This document shows positions 5,972 through 8,328 of a stretch of 8,328 bases of DNA, in pieces. Within the stretch, counting starts at the first letter, position 1. The number at the start of each line of letters is the position of its first letter. The notes beneath the pieces were generated by a model that saw only the letters and a list, made by a program, of their open reading frames with translations, did not search any database and had not been told where the DNA came from. The stretch lies in contig JAHKLH010000066.1 in NCBI GenBank assembly GCA_029856635.1, forward strand, positions 1 to 8,328. Direction: 5' to 3'. A program made the translations under genes and the position numbers. Origin of the DNA: Candidatus Njordarchaeota archaeon. GTDB taxonomy: Archaea > Asgardarchaeota > Njordarchaeia > Njordarchaeales > JAHKLH01.

Positions 5972-6439
5972 ATGCACAAGATACGAATAGTAGTTGCAGG
6001 TGCTTTCGATATAATACACTGTGGACACATAAGATTCTTGCGTGCTATAAAAGAAAAATTTCCAAACAGCGAACTAATCGTTATTATTGCAAGAGATTCT
6101 ACAATACGAAAACTCAAAAAGAGAGAACCCATCTTCAATGAGAAGGAGAGATTAGAAATAGTTTCGGCCATAAAATACGTAGATAAAGCTGTTTTGGGTT
6201 ATGAATTAGACAATAAATCCTTGTTTGAAATACTACTTACATTAAAACCAAATATTATAATCCTCGGTTACGATCAACAAATTGATGAAAGAAAATTAAA
6301 GGAATGGTGTAAAAAACACGGACTACTCGTAGAGGTCTTGAGATTTCCAAAATTTAATAGTGCTCTCTCCTCATCAAGTGAAGTAAGAAGAAAGATTATA
6401 AAACTCTTCGGAGAAAATAAAGCCGGGGGCGGGATTTGA
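5972..6439 (+). CDS. ribL: Archaeal FAD synthase (CTP-dependent FMN nucleotidyltransferase, cytidylyltransferase fold)
   Basis: The 155-aa product reads MHKIRIVVAGAFDIIHCGHIRFL...LIVIIARDSTIRKLKKREPIFNEKERLEIVSAIKYVDKAVLGY...KPNIIILGYDQ.
- The (T/A)G.FD..H.GH nucleotidyltransferase motif lies at 5999-6028.
- Overall it is collinear with Methanocaldococcus jannaschii RibL (MJ1179), as I recall that sequence.
- The last 19 nt overlap the antisense tRNA-Thr gene. Confidence 0.85.
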   Translation: MHKIRIVVAGAFDIIHCGHIRFLRAIKEKFPNSELIVIIARDSTIRKLKKREPIFNEKERLEIVSAIKYVDKAVLGYELDNKSLFEILLTLKPNIIILGYDQQIDERKLKEWCKKHGLLVEVLRFPKFNSALSSSSEVRRKIIKLFGENKAGGGI

Positions 6440-6507
6440 ACCCGCGACCTTGGGCTTACTCGCGAGGGATACGAGGCCCACGCGCTACCAGACTGCGCTA
6501 CCCCGGC
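6421..6507 (-). tRNA. tRNA-Thr, anticodon CGU, with a 13-nt intron at the canonical 37/38 position. No CCA is encoded.
   Basis: - Minus strand: GCCGGGG TA GCGC AGTCTGGTA GCGC G TGGGC CTCGTA[TCCCTCGCGAGTA]A GCCCA AGGTC GCGGG TTCAAAT CCCGC CCCCGGC T.
- All four stems are Watson-Crick paired. The mature length is 74 nt.
- The anticodon is at 6471-6473 and the intron at 6457-6469.
- The intron folds as bulge-helix-bulge. The central 4-bp helix pairs CUCG (positions 32-35) with CGAG in the intron, flanked by 3-nt bulges UA|U and UA|A carrying the splice sites. Confidence 0.85.
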
Positions 6508-6517
6508 GTTTATTTAG

Positions 6518-6617
6518 TGCGGGGGGCGGGATTTGAACCCGCGCAGGCCTACACCACTGGATCCTAAGTTTGGCTCATTTTGATGTCCAGCCCCTTTGAC
6601 CGCTCGGGCACCCCCGC
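6518..6617 (-). tRNA. tRNA-Leu (class II), anticodon UAG, with a 17-nt intron at a non-canonical position (31/32 or 32/33). No CCA is encoded.
   Basis: - Minus strand: GCGGGGG TG CCCG AGCGGTCAAA GGG G CTGGA C[ATCAAAATGAGCCAAAC]TTAGGA TCCAG TGGTGTAGGCCTGC GCGGG TTCAAAT CCCGC CCCCCGC A.
- Supporting Leu: a long variable arm, discriminator A73 and G37.
- Only removal of 6568-6584 (or the equivalent 6569-6585) restores a canonical loop CUUAGGA with U33.
- The anticodon is at 6564-6566. Confidence 0.8.
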
Positions 6618-6635
6618 TTAGTCTACTATTCCGAG

Positions 6636-6645
6636 AAAATTAAAT
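6636..6645 (-). promoter_or_regulatory. Candidate TATA box for the tRNA-Leu/tRNA-Thr dicistron
   Basis: The minus strand reads ATTTAATTTT, about 19-28 nt upstream of the tRNA-Leu 5' end at 6617. The two tRNAs are only 10 nt apart (6508-6517), which leaves no room for a second promoter. Confidence 0.35.
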
Positions 6646-6687
6646 GAAAAATCTTTTTTATTTGTTTCATTGCAAGATTTACATAAC

Positions 6688-6697
6688 TAATTAAATT
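6688..6697 (+). promoter_or_regulatory. Candidate TATA box for the secreted FG-GAP protein gene
   Basis: TAATTAAATT is centred about 26 nt upstream of ATG 6718. This suggests a leaderless or near-leaderless mRNA. Confidence 0.3.
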
Positions 6698-6717
6698 GAG
6701 AGCAAAGGGATGCAAAG

Positions 6718-8328
6718 ATGAAACAAACAGTATTATTGGTAATTGTTCTAGTCATTCTGCTTTCACCAACTTTCGTATTAGCTCCCAAACACAGGCCTAT
6801 GAGTATCACAGGTAATTCTCTTGAAGAAAACTTTGTTATATCCCGCGTTTTCCAATGGAATGCATTAAAGAATTTAACGAAAAATGCACTTTCTGCCGCA
6901 CTCGTTGATATTAATAACGATAATGTGTGGGAGATATTCATTTCTATGCAAGATTCATTGATTCTTTTAAAGGCAATCAATCAAACACATTTCGAAATTT
7001 TATTTAACATTTCGGCTAAACCTCAAAATGCACCTCCGATTACTGCTGATTTTGATGGAGATGGAAAACAAGAAATTGCAATCGCACTTAAGAATGGTTC
7101 TATTGTTGTACTTAACGATGATGGCTCTGTTGTTTACAGTGGATTTATTGGAAGAAAAACCGTACTTCAAATGTGTGCATTTGACTTCGATTATGATGGG
7201 ATAATTGATATAATCTTTTCAATTAATTCGAGTCAAAAACCATTCATTGGTATTGTTTCTTGGAAAGGTGTTGAATGGATCGAGGATATAGTAGAATTTC
7301 CAACTCATGGTTTTATTATTTGGGACTATGATTTTGATGTAAATAGAACATACCATTTAGTTTTTTCCGAAAATAACTCAAATATGCTCATTACTTACAG
7401 AAAAAATGAACTCATAAGAATAGGCACACCATGGGGCTTTAAGTTCCATTCAGAAATTGTTATCGGTAATTTCACATCAAATAGTATCTCCTATGATTTA
7501 GCTACGCTTTACTATCACGATCAAATATTATCAATAGTAACCTTTGATGTAAGTGGAAATTTAATTGCGCCAAACTCGGTTAGGATGGTTAATATATCTA
7601 ATGTAAGTAGGTTTCTCAAGACTATTATCTCAAGTAACTTTTTGAGTACTGCTATTGATTCTGTTGCAGTAATTGCTGAAGTTAATAACACTTGTTATGT
7701 TTTCTTTTCTCAAAATGGTACTACAATAAAGAACGTCTCCATTCCTGGTTTATATATTGACAATATTTCGACTAATTTAGTAGCACTAGATTATGGTAAC
7801 GACGGGATATTCGATTTAGCATTTGGGCTTCGTAATGGAACAATATATATCGTTAATGTAAACACGATTACAAGAGTTAATGGATTAATTAACCAAACCT
7901 TATTGCTGGTAGGTGATATGGACTATGATGGTTCGTCAGAGATCTTGGTTATTGGCCCTCAAGGAGCGCAGGTAATTGACATATCTAATGCGAAGGGAGC
8001 TTGGCCCTTGGAATCTCATGATTGTAAGAATCTGCGAACAACATCCGTCTCTGATTTCGATGGAGATGGTTTGTTAGATAAAGAAGAAAGTGCTTACTCT
8101 TGTCTACTCTATGACTCTGACCTTGATGATGACTATGCTAATGATTATACAGAAATATTCTTGCTTCATACTAACGTAACTGATGCAGACACCGATGATG
8201 ATCTTATGCCAGATGGATGGGAAGCTATGTATGGACTTGATCCTTTGAATGCATCTGATGCATCAAGTGATAATGATAATGACAACATTACAAATGTAAA
8301 CGAGTGGTTAAATAAAACCTCTCCAATT
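6718..8328 (+). CDS. Secreted or cell-surface protein: signal peptide, integrin-alpha-like FG-GAP/VCBS beta-propeller, then thrombospondin-type-3-like calcium-binding repeats. The 3' end lies beyond the window.
   Basis: Not in the supplied track. I translated the reading frame by hand from ATG 6718: 537 codons with no stop, in frame to the window edge.
- Signal peptide: MKQTVLLVIVLVILLSPTFVLA|PKH (6718-6783).
- Propeller: about 7-8 blades carrying D-x-D/N-x-D-G-xx-D/E loops, namely VDINNDNVWEI, ADFDGDGKQEIAI, FDFDYDGIIDIIF, WDYDFDVNRTY, LDYGNDGIFDLAF and GDMDYDGSSEILV.
- Calcium repeats: DFDGDGLLDKEE, DTDDDLMPDGWEAMYGLDPLNASD and DNDNDNITNVNEWLNKTSP (8050-8328). Confidence 0.85.
   Translation, partial: MKQTVLLVIVLVILLSPTFVLAPKHRPMSITGNSLEENFVISRVFQWNALKNLTKNALSAALVDINNDNVWEIFISMQDSLILLKAINQTHFEILFNISAKPQNAPPITADFDGDGKQEIAIALKNGSIVVLNDDGSVVYSGFIGRKTVLQMCAFDFDYDGIIDIIFSINSSQKPFIGIVSWKGVEWIEDIVEFPTHGFIIWDYDFDVNRTYHLVFSENNSNMLITYRKNELIRIGTPWGFKFHSEIVIGNFTSNSISYDLATLYYHDQILSIVTFDVSGNLIAPNSVRMVNISNVSRFLKTIISSNFLSTAIDSVAVIAEVNNTCYVFFSQNGTTIKNVSIPGLYIDNISTNLVALDYGNDGIFDLAFGLRNGTIYIVNVNTITRVNGLINQTLLLVGDMDYDGSSEILVIGPQGAQVIDISNAKGAWPLESHDCKNLRTTSVSDFDGDGLLDKEESAYSCLLYDSDLDDDYANDYTEIFLLHTNVTDADTDDDLMPDGWEAMYGLDPLNASDASSDNDNDNITNVNEWLNKTSPI

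Noticed and set aside
5944-6171. A minus-strand 75-aa ORF overlaps the ribL 5' half.
   Set aside because: It is antisense to the well-supported RibL frame. It would also start inside ribL and run into the shared promoter region. It has no motif support.
6425-6543. The 22-nt identity between the two tRNA genes, considered as an att site or a remnant of an integrated element.
   Set aside because: The shared segment is simply the T-arm plus the 3' acceptor strand of two intact, differently charged tRNAs. There is no integrase, no partial tRNA duplicate elsewhere in the window, and no compositional break in the flanking genes.
6687-6980. A minus-strand 97-aa track ORF.
   Set aside because: It lies antisense to the 5' end of the 537-codon open frame starting at ATG 6718, which has a signal peptide and FG-GAP repeats. 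It is a shadow ORF. The track lists it only because the real gene is open at the window edge.
8120-8262. C/D-box-like strings (ATGATGA ... CTGA ... ATGATGA ... CTGA) that might indicate an archaeal C/D box sRNA.
   Set aside because: The boxes are about 50 nt apart instead of the 12-nt guide spacing. They lie inside a coding frame and arise directly from runs of Asp codons (GAT GAT GA) in the calcium-binding repeats.
1-8328. A search for CRISPR repeats, transposase or integrase genes, toxin-antitoxin pairs, restriction-modification genes or other defence modules.
   Set aside because: I saw no regularly spaced direct repeats and no ORF with nuclease, integrase or transposase motifs. Every long ORF has a more ordinary assignment. 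Nothing in the sequence supports calling a defence or mobile system here.

Overview
This is an archaeal chromosomal segment. It is AT-rich (about one-third G+C by eye, not computed) and has a sharp GC-rich island formed by two intron-containing tRNA genes.

Gene order, left to right:
- Partial ADP-forming acyl-CoA synthetase ATP-grasp domain (-, runs off the left edge), divergent from the next gene.
- Methionyl-tRNA synthetase (+).
- A protein with about 7 HEAT repeats and basic tails (+), convergent with the next gene.
- Replication factor C large subunit (-), with a C-terminal PIP box and an unusually long Trp-rich insertion between RFC box II and the P-loop.
- Zinc-ribbon plus multi-pass Yip1-like membrane protein (-), divergent from the next gene.
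- Archaeal FAD synthase RibL (+), convergent with and overlapping the next gene.
- tRNA-Thr(CGU) and tRNA-Leu(UAG) (-, 10-nt spacer), divergent from the next gene.
- A secreted, sequon-rich FG-GAP propeller / TSP3-like calcium-repeat protein (+, absent from the supplied ORF track because it runs off the right edge).

All remaining track ORFs are antisense shadows of these genes. I see no CRISPR array, transposase, integrase, toxin-antitoxin pair or recognisable defence gene, and I cannot support a claim of a new multi-gene system from the sequence alone. The neighbourhood looks mainly housekeeping.

The points most worth a second look are:
- the RFC large-subunit insertion;
- the metG/HEAT-repeat pairing;
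- the tRNA introns, one at a non-canonical position;
- the ribL/tRNA antisense overlap;
- the integrin-like secreted protein.

All family assignments come from motif recognition by eye. No database search was run.
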